Source: Anaerovoracaceae bacterium (GTDB lineage Bacteria > Bacillota > Clostridia > Peptostreptococcales > Anaerovoracaceae). From it: a DNA stretch of 24,000 nt. The number at the start of each line of letters is the position of its first letter. Position 1 is the stretch's first letter. Shown here piece by piece: positions 1-8,660 of the stretch. Below the pieces are notes generated by a model. That model was not told where the DNA came from. It saw only the letters and a program-made list of their open reading frames with translations, and ran no database searches. The translations under genes and the position numbers were made by a program. The stretch lies in assembly GCA_963676385.2 (NCBI GenBank), contig CAXXMM010000007.1, positions 38,096 through 62,095 on the forward strand, read 5' to 3'.

Positions 1-87
1 CGCCTCAATAGGTTCCCCTTCAAAAAATATTGTGATTTTTTCCTTACCGACTTTCGTGGATAAAATCGGATGATGTTCAATCCTCAA
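1..87 (-). CDS. 5' end (29 codons) of a gene running off the left edge. Product undetermined; the N-terminus MRIEHHPILSTKVGKEKITIFFEGEPIEA is reminiscent of small 2Fe-2S/oxidoreductase subunits.
   Basis: Hand-translated on the minus strand. TTG start at 87-85 with AAAGGAG 9 nt upstream, an in-frame stop further upstream at 142-144, and an open frame to position 1. A -24/-12 promoter lies at 160-175. Too short to appear in the ORF track. Confidence 0.35.
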   Translation of the reverse strand, partial: MRIEHHPILSTKVGKEKITIFFEGEPIEA

Positions 88-159
88 ATTGTTTTCACTC
101 CTTTCCCAAGGGTATTGTCGAAATTTATATTTTGCTGTTCTTTATCTACTCACATATAT

Positions 160-175
160 AGCAATTCCCATGCCA
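160..175 (-). promoter_or_regulatory. sigma-54 (-24/-12) promoter
   Basis: The minus strand reads TGGCATGGGAATTGCT. GG and GC are in the same register as the TGGCACG-N4-TTGCW consensus. It lies about 70 nt upstream of the TTG start at 87, and a sigma-54 activator gene is in the window. Confidence 0.7.
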
Positions 176-266
176 CACTTTTCTTCAAGAAAATTAGGCC
201 TTTTTTGACCTTTTTTTACGAAATATCCTTCAATTTTAACAATTTCAAGGCGCGGTTTTTTTCTGC

Positions 267-314
267 GAGAAAACAAAAGGTGATGAACTGCACTGGATTG
301 TGCAATTCATCACC
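267..314 (-). terminator. rho-independent terminator downstream of the permease gene
   Basis: Minus-strand RNA: GGUGAUGAAUUGCAC / loop AAUCCA / GUGCAGUUCAUCACC, a 15-bp stem with one G-U pair (279-314). It is followed by UUUUGUUUUCUC and sits 55 nt after the stop at 369. Confidence 0.75.
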
Positions 315-368
315 CTTGTCATTAGATTATAGTGGTGTTATAGATAAAATAATCAATAGTAGCTTGTT

Positions 369-1859
369 CTATTTTTTCTCTAAATCCTCTGTCAACTTAG
401 GGAATTTATCATCAAAGGCAACTTCATCTCTATGCAATTTTCCGGTTCTGGTTTTACCCAGCTTTTTGCCAAGGGCATATATTAACATGGGCACAACAAC
501 CGTTGGAACCGCAATTAACAGAACCGGCCATAAATCCGGTTGCCAAGCCATAAAGATAAGGCTCCCGGAAATTGCAACAAGGCCAAAGATGGATAATCCA
601 GTATTGGTTCTTGCTTTTAATGTTTTTTTGGCATCGTAGCCCAGTAATTTCAGTCTTCTACGCATTAGCAATTGAGACAATATAATGGAAAGCCAGCATA
701 TTGCCCCTGTAAACCCAGACATACTCAACAAGTACGCATATAAACTGGAGCCGGGAATAAAGTACCCTACTGCCAACACAAGCCACATGGGTATCATAGA
801 TAGTATCGTGGCAAACTGGGGCACATTGAATCTATTGAGTTTTTGAAATGACTTGGGGGCAAGACCCTCTACCGAAAGACCATAAATGGTTCGCACTGTA
901 CTAAACACGCCAGAGTTTGCACAACTAAACGCAGCTACCATTGTAACAATAGTAAACATAATCGCAGCCCAACTAATGCCATATTTTTCAAGTGCTGTGC
1001 TAAATACAGAGTCTTTTAGTCCTGCTTCTGAATACGGCAATATCATGACCAACAGCACAATTGGAATGATGTAAATAAGAATGATACGATATGTGACTGT
1101 CTTGCAGGCTCGCGGAATATTTACTTCAGGATTTTGGGTTTCAGCTGCGGCAAGCCCTACGATTTCTGAACCCGAGTAATTTACAAGAATCATTATCATG
1201 GTGGTTACAACTACAAAACCGCCAAAGGGAAATATTGCATCAAAAATGGATGTGTCTCCATTATTAAGTAAAATCGATAGTCCCACCGGCTTATCGCCAA
1301 TGATGCCAACGATGATTCCAATCGCTGTAATAGAAAAGATGGCCACCGCCCCAATTTTTATAAGTGACAGTATGGATTCAATATGTCCAAACAGGGTTAC
1401 ATTAAATACGTTAATGAGCGTAATTAATCCCATGAAGACAAGAGACCATCCAAACGCATTCCAAGGCACAAACAGATTCATCAAAATTCCACAAGCCAAT
1501 GCTTCCGATGGGATATATACTGCCCATGCACACCAATAGCACCAACCAACACCCGCCGCAACGGTGGATCCCATAAATTCTTTTGAATAAGAAATAAATG
1601 ATCCTCGCCTAGGAATGTTTACCAGTAATTCACCAAAGCACATCATCACTGAGTAAATAATTAACCCGCCCACAGCATATGCAATAGCAGCAGACGGTCC
1701 AACTTCAGCAACAGTGTAGCCAGAACCCAGAAAATAACACGATCCAATAATGCCACCCAAAGCGATCAATGATACATGCCAAGAGTGGATTCCTCTGGCA
1801 AGGGTTCGCTCTGTCGGGTCAATCAATTTGATGTCGTTTTTTGAATCATTTTCCAACAT
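369..1859 (-). CDS. amino acid / amine permease (APC superfamily, about 12 TM)
   Basis: 496-aa ORF that is hydrophobic throughout. The N-terminal stretch SWHVSLIALGGIIGSCYFLGSG is typical of amino-acid permeases. AGGAGGA lies 6 nt before the ATG. It has its own sigma-54 promoter and sits next to an aminotransferase. Confidence 0.9.
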   Translation of the reverse strand: MLENDSKNDIKLIDPTERTLARGIHSWHVSLIALGGIIGSCYFLGSGYTVAEVGPSAAIAYAVGGLIIYSVMMCFGELLVNIPRRGSFISYSKEFMGSTVAAGVGWCYWCAWAVYIPSEALACGILMNLFVPWNAFGWSLVFMGLITLINVFNVTLFGHIESILSLIKIGAVAIFSITAIGIIVGIIGDKPVGLSILLNNGDTSIFDAIFPFGGFVVVTTMIMILVNYSGSEIVGLAAAETQNPEVNIPRACKTVTYRIILIYIIPIVLLVMILPYSEAGLKDSVFSTALEKYGISWAAIMFTIVTMVAAFSCANSGVFSTVRTIYGLSVEGLAPKSFQKLNRFNVPQFATILSMIPMWLVLAVGYFIPGSSLYAYLLSMSGFTGAICWLSIILSQLLMRRRLKLLGYDAKKTLKARTNTGLSIFGLVAISGSLIFMAWQPDLWPVLLIAVPTVVVPMLIYALGKKLGKTRTGKLHRDEVAFDDKFPKLTEDLEKK

Positions 1860-1979
1860 TTGCTTTCCTCCTTTATTTTTTTGACCGACAATATTCGATA
1901 AATCAAATGAGCAGCACTCATCCTCTGACCGTCTTCATTTAAAAAACGCAATCACTCATCTAATCTCAATTTTATAGTA

Positions 1980-1995
1980 AGCAATTATTATGCCA
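1980..1995 (-). promoter_or_regulatory. sigma-54 (-24/-12) promoter of the permease gene
   Basis: The minus strand reads TGGCATAATAATTGCT (TGGCA-N6-TTGC). It lies about 120 nt upstream of the ATG at 1859. Confidence 0.7.
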
Positions 1996-2098
1996 TTATC
2001 ATATACCAATTGAAGCAGTGATTTTTATATGTTTTTATATAGAATATACTAAAATACAATGTTTTTTCTCCAAATGGACCTTATGGGCTTTCAGTCAC

Positions 2099-2145
2099 AA
2101 AAAAAAGAGGTGCAACGCCACACCACACCGTGCAACTTTACACCT
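2099..2145 (-). terminator. probable terminator after the activator gene
   Basis: Minus-strand stem AGGUGUAA / UUGCACCU (8 bp, one G-U; 2108-2145) with a 22-nt loop, followed by C and U8 (2099-2106). It starts 20 nt after the stop at 2166. The loop is long, so confidence is moderate. Confidence 0.45.
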
Positions 2146-2165
2146 AAATTCTATTTGTTGAGGGT

Positions 2166-3905
2166 CTATTTTCTTTGTATCCCATACTGGCTGATTTTTC
2201 TGGTTATCGTTGATCGGTCTACGCCAAGAAGCTCTGCAACTTTCTGATGGTTTCCACCGGCATCCTCAAAAGCTAGGGCAATCATTTTCTTTTCAGTTTC
2301 TTGAAGGGTTTCCTTGAGATTTTTTATGCCTTTTATCTCAACCACCCCCTCCTTCTCTAGCCCCTTAGGACTGCTTCTTTTTATTCTTTCCGGAATATGT
2401 TTAATGTCAATAATATTATCCTGGGTGATGACACTCAGCATCTCAATTACATTTTCAAGCTCACGCACATTCCCCGGCCAATCATATTGTGTCAAAGCAA
2501 AAATCGCTTTTTGGGAAATCTCCTTATGGGTGCCATGTTCCTCGTTCATGGACTTAAGAAAGTGCTTAATCAAAAGGGGGATGTCTTCTTTTCTCTCTGC
2601 CAGCGGAGGTATCTTGATACACACCACATTCAACCGGTAATAGAGATCTTCTCGGAATGTACCTTTGGCTATCATTTCTTCAAGATTTTTATTCGTAGCC
2701 ACGATTAATCTAAAGTTCAGATTAATATATTTCCGGCCGCCAACGCGAAGCATCATTTTGTCCTGCAATACACTAAGTAATTTAACCTGTTGTGCCAAGG
2801 GCAATTCTGACACTTCATCAAGGAATAGTGTCCCATCATTGGCTAATTCTAACAGCCCTATTTTACCTTCTCTCGCCCCACCTGTAAAAGTGCCGGGTTC
2901 ATACCCGAACAACTCGGATTCTATAATGTTATCTGCAATAGCCCCACAATTCACAACAACAAATGGTTTGTTTTCTTTCATGCTTTTGCTATGTATATAC
3001 CGAGCAAATACTCCTTTTCCTGTTCCCGTCTCTCCTTCTAGGAGTACTGTGGATTCAGTTTTTGCCACCATTCTCATTAATGTCATAAGACCATATATCG
3101 TATTGCTGCAAGTCACTATTGTGTGATTTGTATCTTCGGTGTCATTTCCTTCATACACATCACTCTTTACTTGCGCAACTAATGTTGCTATTTCAAGTTC
3201 CTTTGAAAAATCTCTCGAGATGGATATGACCTTGGATATTTTTCCCTGTTCATCAAAAATCGGAACACCAATCGTAATAAGATTGACCCCTATCTTCGTG
3301 TTGGACATGACGACTTCGCTCTTGCCGCTTGCCAATACTCTTGTTGTTGCTGCGGGATAAAAATACTTGTCTCGTTCAAGGTCGTACATGTTCATTCCAA
3401 TAATATCTTCCGATGTAATGCCGCAGTGTCGAAAACAGGCTTCCCCTGCAAATTCCACAACGCCATTGCTGTCCGCGATACAGATGGTATCATCGTTATA
3501 TTGTTCATAGACAGACTGTAGGTTTTTGTTCAATGTCTTTAGGGTATTGCTTTCTTCCACAACATCAACCAATTGCGTCACATCATGAATCATTAATAGA
3601 ATGAAATCTCCACTGGTGTTTGAAAAGGATTCCGATTTGCTTTGTTTCTGCTCTAAAGTGAATTTCCCTCCACGATAAATATCAGCAAGTTCATCATCAT
3701 TGAACAAATCGCTTAGCTTAGACCACCCATCATTTGACACGTCTTTCGTTAACAGATTAATTGCAATCTGATTCATATAAATGATATGGCCCGTTTCTTT
3801 TTTTGCAACAACAATACCACAGTGTAATTCATTTAATATAATCTCATCAAGCATGCTGCTTTTGATGATTGCTTTTAATTGATCTGTCATATAAAATTGA
3901 TGCAT
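2166..3905 (-). CDS. sigma-54-dependent transcriptional activator (PAS sensor - AAA+ - Fis-type HTH)
   Basis: 579 aa. Walker A is LLEGETGTGKG. The GAFTGA-loop variant is EPGTFTGG. Walker B is LFLDEV, followed by FREDLYYRLNVV. The C-terminal HTH is GGNHQKVAELLGVDRSTITRKI. The N-terminal half is PAS-like. GGGAG lies 7 nt before the ATG. Confidence 0.93.
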   Translation of the reverse strand: MHQFYMTDQLKAIIKSSMLDEIILNELHCGIVVAKKETGHIIYMNQIAINLLTKDVSNDGWSKLSDLFNDDELADIYRGGKFTLEQKQSKSESFSNTSGDFILLMIHDVTQLVDVVEESNTLKTLNKNLQSVYEQYNDDTICIADSNGVVEFAGEACFRHCGITSEDIIGMNMYDLERDKYFYPAATTRVLASGKSEVVMSNTKIGVNLITIGVPIFDEQGKISKVISISRDFSKELEIATLVAQVKSDVYEGNDTEDTNHTIVTCSNTIYGLMTLMRMVAKTESTVLLEGETGTGKGVFARYIHSKSMKENKPFVVVNCGAIADNIIESELFGYEPGTFTGGAREGKIGLLELANDGTLFLDEVSELPLAQQVKLLSVLQDKMMLRVGGRKYINLNFRLIVATNKNLEEMIAKGTFREDLYYRLNVVCIKIPPLAERKEDIPLLIKHFLKSMNEEHGTHKEISQKAIFALTQYDWPGNVRELENVIEMLSVITQDNIIDIKHIPERIKRSSPKGLEKEGVVEIKGIKNLKETLQETEKKMIALAFEDAGGNHQKVAELLGVDRSTITRKISQYGIQRK

Positions 3906-4000
3906 AATTTTGCTCCCTGTTATTTCAAGTTCATTATATCATTACAAAATTATCATTCCATATTTTTTTGATTATTTTAACAGATAAATTGATATTTTAT

Positions 4001-4042
4001 GACAAAATAGAAATGAGTCCGATTTCATTTCAAACTCATTTC
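4001..4042 (-). terminator. probable terminator after the aminotransferase gene
   Basis: Perfect 9-bp inverted repeat GAAATGAGT / ACTCATTTC (4010-4042) with a 15-nt loop, followed on the minus strand by UAUUUUGU. It starts 50 nt after the stop at 4092. Confidence 0.5.
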
Positions 4043-4091
4043 TATGTTATGTATTCTCAATGTTTTATTCTCATATAATCCTATTCCGGCA

Positions 4092-5444
4092 TTAGGCTTT
4101 CGCTTCAACAACAGATAACGCTTCATCAAGTACCTTCATCCCCATATCAATGTGCTCATAGGATATGGTTAGGGGTGGTTCAATTCTTATGGCATGTGCG
4201 TTGGTTTCTGTCCCTGACAGAAGTACGCCACGAGAAAACATTTCCGAAACGACTTGATAGCCTTTTTCATCATCGCAAAATTCCATCACAATGAGCAGCC
4301 CTTTTCCTCTAATCCCCGTGAGGATTTTTGAGTGTTTCTTTTGAAGTACGTTAAGCACTTCAAGAATGTATTTGCCCTTTTCTTCCGATTGCTTTGAAAG
4401 ATCTTCACCAAGCATGACATTGAGTGCCGCAATCCCCGCCGCGCAGGCCAGTGGATTCCCGCCTGTCGTTGTGCTGTGCATCCAAGGATTTCCGTACATA
4501 TATCCTTCGTAGCATCTCTTTGTGCATACTGTTGCGGACAGTGGCATTACGCCACCACCTAATGCCTTAGCAAGACAAATAATATCGGGTTTTACATCCC
4601 AGTGATCAATGGCAAAAAGTTTTCCCGTTCTCCCAAGGCCTGTTTGCACTTCATCTGCTACAAGCAGGACATCATATTCATCACATAACTTCCTGACTTT
4701 GGGGAAATAATCATCAGGTGGAATAATAACACCGATTTCTCCTTCAATTGGCTCAAGAATTACCGCTGCGGGAAGTTCTCCAATGTAGGCCATGCTTTCC
4801 ATGGTCTTCTCCAAATAATCGAAGTCGCCAAAAGGCACATGTCTAACTCCTTGAAGCATCGGCAAGAAAGGTTCTCGATAAACACCTTTTCCGGTAAGCG
4901 ACAAGGCTCCCAAGGATTTTCCGTGGAAGTCGCGGGTTCCGGTAATAAAATAATGCCTTCCGGTTGCCATCATTGCCATTTTCATTGCACATTCAACACT
5001 CTCTGTGCCAGAGCTCATAAAGAATGAATATTGAAGGTCTCCCGGCGTAATGTCCGCCAGCATTTTTGCAAACATCGCCCTATTGCTATCCAGCAATTCG
5101 GCGCTTCCGAGGGCCTGTTTTTTTAGTTGATCTGTAACGGCCTTGATGACTTTAGGGTGCCGATGCCCATGGGAAAACACCCCAAATCCTCCCAAGAAAT
5201 CAATGTAATGCTTCCCGTTTAAATCATAAAACCCATCTCCTTGGTCCTTCCATTCAATTGACGTATAGTCAGAAGCTGCGGACTTTCTATACTCAAGTGT
5301 CCCGGGATTAACATAATTATAGAAGTTATCCACTACTTCTTTTGTGAATTCTTTTTTTTGAGTTTCATCAAGTTGGTCCGTTTCAATAATATTTAGTGCA
5401 TGTTCTGAATACTCTAATACTTCTCTAACATTTTTTCTGCCCAT
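4092..5444 (-). CDS. class-III PLP aminotransferase (putrescine / 4-aminobutyrate aminotransferase-like)
   Basis: 450 aa. DFLGGFGVFSHGHRHPKV, the SGTES motif, LVADEVQTGLGRTG, and the PLP-lysine context DIICLAKALGGG. GGAGGA lies 8 nt before the ATG. Confidence 0.92.
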   Translation of the reverse strand: MGRKNVREVLEYSEHALNIIETDQLDETQKKEFTKEVVDNFYNYVNPGTLEYRKSAASDYTSIEWKDQGDGFYDLNGKHYIDFLGGFGVFSHGHRHPKVIKAVTDQLKKQALGSAELLDSNRAMFAKMLADITPGDLQYSFFMSSGTESVECAMKMAMMATGRHYFITGTRDFHGKSLGALSLTGKGVYREPFLPMLQGVRHVPFGDFDYLEKTMESMAYIGELPAAVILEPIEGEIGVIIPPDDYFPKVRKLCDEYDVLLVADEVQTGLGRTGKLFAIDHWDVKPDIICLAKALGGGVMPLSATVCTKRCYEGYMYGNPWMHSTTTGGNPLACAAGIAALNVMLGEDLSKQSEEKGKYILEVLNVLQKKHSKILTGIRGKGLLIVMEFCDDEKGYQVVSEMFSRGVLLSGTETNAHAIRIEPPLTISYEHIDMGMKVLDEALSVVEAKA

Positions 5445-5507
5445 ATTAATTTTCCTCCAAAATAATTAAGAGTTTCTGATACGACGTTTGTCATGTAATA
5501 TTATATA

Positions 5508-5523
5508 TGCAAGGCAGATGCCA
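5508..5523 (-). promoter_or_regulatory. sigma-54 (-24/-12) promoter of the aminotransferase gene
   Basis: The minus strand reads TGGCATCTGCCTTGCA, in exact register with TGGCACG-N4-TTGCA. It lies about 63 nt upstream of the ATG at 5444. Confidence 0.8.
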
Positions 5524-5663
5524 AGTTTAAATAATAGGTCATTTTACGTTTTCACTCCACTATTTTGCTGTTTTGCCCAATTAGTTTATACAAATTTGCG
5601 CTTTTTTTGCCTTCACCAATCCTGTTCAGTGCATTATCGCACCTAACCGTGCGCAACCACACC

Positions 5664-8660
5664 TCACCCCATCGTAATCTCTACTCCACTGCCTCCGCTT
5701 TTTTCTTTCTTCACCACGATCTGTTTGTCGATGCGGTTTTTCAGTTGGGCTACGTGGGAAATGATACCCACCAGTTTGCTGCCTTCGCTGAGTTTGCCCA
5801 AGACCTGAATGGCTTGGTTCAGGGTATCTTCGTCCAAAGAGCCAAAGCCTTCGTCAATGAACATGGTATCCAAATGCACGCCGCCGGCGGAGGATTGGAT
5901 TTCGTCAGAAAGTCCCAGGGCCAAGGATAGGGAGGCCATGAAGGACTCGCCCCCGGAAAGGGATTTGACGCTGCGGATGCTTCCGTTATAGTGATCCCGC
6001 ACATCCAATTCCAGGCCGCTTTGGCTACGCAGGTTGTCCGCTTCCTTTCTACGGAGAAGTTCATACTGCCCATCGGACATGACCATGAACCGGGTGTTGG
6101 CCCGGGCGATGATTCGGTCAAAGTAGGTCATCTGGACATAGGTTTCCAGGGTGATTCGTTCCTTGCCGGAAAGGTTGCCGTTGGCGGTGTTGGCCAGGGC
6201 ATTGACCCAAGTCCCTTTCTCTTCTATAACGGTCAATCCGGCGCTTTTTTGTTCAATGTTGGCGCGGTTGCTTTGGTTGTTGCTGATTCGAGTAGCCACT
6301 TCTTTAATGTCATCCAGCAGTTTATCCATGGCGGTTGTCTTTTCTTTCAACTGCTCCTGCAAGCCTACCACCTCCGGGTTGGCGTCTGCTGTTGGGAGTT
6401 GGCCTTTTAGGGTCTTGATGGTGGTTTGGCAGTTGTTATATTGGGTGTTCTTGTCATCAAACGCCTTATTTGATACATCAATTGCATCTTGTAGGCTTTT
6501 CATGTTGGTTTCCAGTTGTTTGATGTTGGCCTTGGCCAGCTCCAGTTCCGGAAACTCCAGGGTGGATTTTAGTTTTTGTATTTGCTGGGCGAGGCCTGCA
6601 ATGCCGGTTTCCAGTTTGGTTTTTTCTTCTTTCAAGGAAAGGATTTTGCCGTCGGCTTCTTTCTGATTCGCCTCTAGTTTTGGCAGGCTTTCTTCTAAAA
6701 TGGTCTTTCGATCCAAGGCAGAAACCGCTTGGGCATAGGCTTGCTCCAAATTTTTGAGAGTATCTGCCATCTGAGATTTTTTGTCCTGTATGAAAGTATC
6801 TAAATCAGGTGGCAGTTGCATGTCTGCTGCATCTTGCGCGGCGGAAATGACATCTTGTGCAATGCAAGGGTTATTTTCGCCATAAAGTTGGGTTTTTTCG
6901 CCATGTTGTGCAAGGTGGACTGCATCTTGCGTAGCGGAAATGACATCTTGTGCATGGCCGACATTTCGTGCATCAAAACTGGCATCTTGTGCATGACAAA
7001 GGTTATTTTCGCCATAAAAGTGGTTATTTTCGCCATGTTCTGCTAGAAGGCTGTCACAAAGTGCCAATAAAGCGACACGACTTGCACTTTCTCGCTCCAC
7101 CAAAACGCCGGCGGCCTTGCTATGATCTGCGGCCTGGGCCTGGGCTTGATCGGCGGTGGCTTTGGCCTCTTTTAATTCTTTTTCCGATGGGGCTTCCGCC
7201 GCCAGTGGGGCTGGTTCCGGATGTTCCTTGGAACCACACACGGGGCAGGGTTCTCCCGGCTTCAGCTGGGTTGAGAGAATGCCGGCTTGCGCATCAAGAA
7301 ATGCAGTATTCAGCCATAAAAAGCTGTCAGCTGACACTTCAGCCTTGTTTTTTGACACTTCATACCGAGACTGGGCCGCTTCCAGCTCCGAAAGCAGTTT
7401 CTTGTATCTTATGTAATCCTGTTCCAAGCCAAGGAGGGCTTGGGATTGTTTCCTTTCTTTTTCTAAATTCTGCTGGAGGGTCAGCTTGGTTTCCCCGGCG
7501 TTTTTGAGGGTATCCAGTTCTTCCTTGGTAGCCCCAATTTTGGCCTCCAGCTGAGACGCTGCCGCCACAACCGCAGACAGGTTGACTTCATTTTCCCGTC
7601 GGGCGGTTTCCATGCCTCGGGCTTCCGTCTCTAAGCGAACCAGTTCATCGTACTGAACCAGTTTGTTTTGGGCGGTGGTAATCTGTTGCGATAGGGTCTG
7701 GATTTCCGGTTGATGGCCTTGGGCCTCTTCCTTGGCGACCTTTTGGGCTGCCAGTTCCGCTGTAAGCTGGGCCAGCAACACTTCTTGACGAGCCAACTCC
7801 CCTCGGGTTATTTCCACCTGCCGGGCCTTTTCCAAGGCACCCACTAGGTCATCCTTTTCCTTTCCCAGGGTGGTATGTTGTTCCTCCAAGTTCGTCTGAA
7901 GTTTCGTGTCTTGGTCAATGATTCGCCCCAGCAAATCCAAAAACTCGGTGACAGGAACCTGGCCGGGGTTTTCCTTTAAGGTTTGTAACTCCAGCCCCAA
8001 AACGTCGTCAGGCTTTGGGATAATGCCGCTGATGTATTGGGCGATGCTTTGCCGATGGGCTTCTCTTTCCCGGGAAAGACCGATGGCCTCCCTGCTGAGT
8101 TTTTCCTGAAGGGTATAGTAGGGGGTGGTTGCAAATATTTTGCGAAAAATATCCTGCCGATCCTTGGTGGATGCGGTGAGGAGTTTCAAAAATTCTCCCT
8201 GAGCGATCATGGCAATCTGGGCAAATTGGTTGCGGGTCAGGCCAATGATTTCCTCAATGGCGCCGGTGACTTCCTTCACCTTGGTGATAACCCTGCCGTC
8301 GGGAAGGGTCAACTGGGCCTCGGGTTTTTGGGTGGTGGTGCCGCCGCCTCGCTGGGCAGGCCGCTCATATTCCGGATTTCGCCGGACGGTATATTCTTTT
8401 GCTCCGTAACGGAACGTCATTTCCACAAAGGTGGGGGTTTCCGGGGCTGCGTACTTGCTACGAAACATGGAAGTTTCCCGGTTGTCCCCGCTGGCTTCCC
8501 CATAAAGAGCAAAGGCAATGGCGTCAAACAGGGTGGTTTTGCCGGAACCGGTGTCCCCGGTAATCAGGTATAGTCCGTGGTCTCCCAGCTTGGTCATATC
8601 CAGCTTGGTCAGGCCGGCGTAGGGGCCGAAGGCGGAAATGGTCAGTTTGGTTGGTCTCAT
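5664..8660 (-). CDS. sbcC: SbcC (Rad50-like) ATPase subunit of the SbcCD nuclease
   Basis: Walker A GDTGSGKTT, Q-loop IAQGEF, long coiled coil, zinc hook CPVCGS, signature LSGGESF, Walker B MFIDEGFGSLD, H-loop ISHV. I place the start at ATG 8660 (MRPTKLTISAFGPY). GGGAGGG lies 6 nt upstream, and the start forms an ATGA overlap with the sbcD stop. The track start at 8675 lies inside that RBS. Confidence 0.95.
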   Translation of the reverse strand: MRPTKLTISAFGPYAGLTKLDMTKLGDHGLYLITGDTGSGKTTLFDAIAFALYGEASGDNRETSMFRSKYAAPETPTFVEMTFRYGAKEYTVRRNPEYERPAQRGGGTTTQKPEAQLTLPDGRVITKVKEVTGAIEEIIGLTRNQFAQIAMIAQGEFLKLLTASTKDRQDIFRKIFATTPYYTLQEKLSREAIGLSREREAHRQSIAQYISGIIPKPDDVLGLELQTLKENPGQVPVTEFLDLLGRIIDQDTKLQTNLEEQHTTLGKEKDDLVGALEKARQVEITRGELARQEVLLAQLTAELAAQKVAKEEAQGHQPEIQTLSQQITTAQNKLVQYDELVRLETEARGMETARRENEVNLSAVVAAASQLEAKIGATKEELDTLKNAGETKLTLQQNLEKERKQSQALLGLEQDYIRYKKLLSELEAAQSRYEVSKNKAEVSADSFLWLNTAFLDAQAGILSTQLKPGEPCPVCGSKEHPEPAPLAAEAPSEKELKEAKATADQAQAQAADHSKAAGVLVERESASRVALLALCDSLLAEHGENNHFYGENNLCHAQDASFDARNVGHAQDVISATQDAVHLAQHGEKTQLYGENNPCIAQDVISAAQDAADMQLPPDLDTFIQDKKSQMADTLKNLEQAYAQAVSALDRKTILEESLPKLEANQKEADGKILSLKEEKTKLETGIAGLAQQIQKLKSTLEFPELELAKANIKQLETNMKSLQDAIDVSNKAFDDKNTQYNNCQTTIKTLKGQLPTADANPEVVGLQEQLKEKTTAMDKLLDDIKEVATRISNNQSNRANIEQKSAGLTVIEEKGTWVNALANTANGNLSGKERITLETYVQMTYFDRIIARANTRFMVMSDGQYELLRRKEADNLRSQSGLELDVRDHYNGSIRSVKSLSGGESFMASLSLALGLSDEIQSSAGGVHLDTMFIDEGFGSLDEDTLNQAIQVLGKLSEGSKLVGIISHVAQLKNRIDKQIVVKKEKSGGSGVEITMG
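6828..7043. repeat. in-frame nested tandem repeat inside sbcC (units of 93 and 123 nt)
   Basis: Unit A is 6828-6920 and unit B is 6921-7043. They share a 34-nt block at 32/34 identity (tgcatcttgcg..gcggaaatgacatcttgtgca) and a 46-nt block at about 40/46. CATCTTG(Y)GC occurs 5 times and TTTTCGCCAT occurs 4 times. Both unit lengths are multiples of 3. Confidence 0.85.

Noticed and set aside
176-230. Shared TAGGYC-T-rich words just upstream of the sigma-54 promoters (196-215 and 5535-5550), as possible IHF or activator sites
   Set aside because: They appear in only two of the three promoters, at different spacings, and in AT-rich DNA where such matches are expected by chance.
70-639. 189-aa plus-strand ORF at the left end
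   Set aside because: It runs antisense through the permease 3' end, its terminator and a sigma-54 promoter. The translation is F/S/L-rich and low in complexity, and no RBS is present. I treat it as a shadow ORF.
6828-7043. Possible CRISPR-like array because of short reiterated words
   Set aside because: The units are unequal (93 and 123 nt). There is no repeat/unique-spacer alternation. The region lies entirely inside an intact coding frame, and no cas genes are present.
6800-7046. Two extra ORFs inside sbcC (78 aa on the minus strand in another frame, 76 aa on the plus strand)
   Set aside because: They are alternative-frame readings of the tandem repeat, with repetitive MAKIT/MHKM peptides. 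The sbcC frame is continuous, with canonical Rad50/SbcC motifs on both sides.
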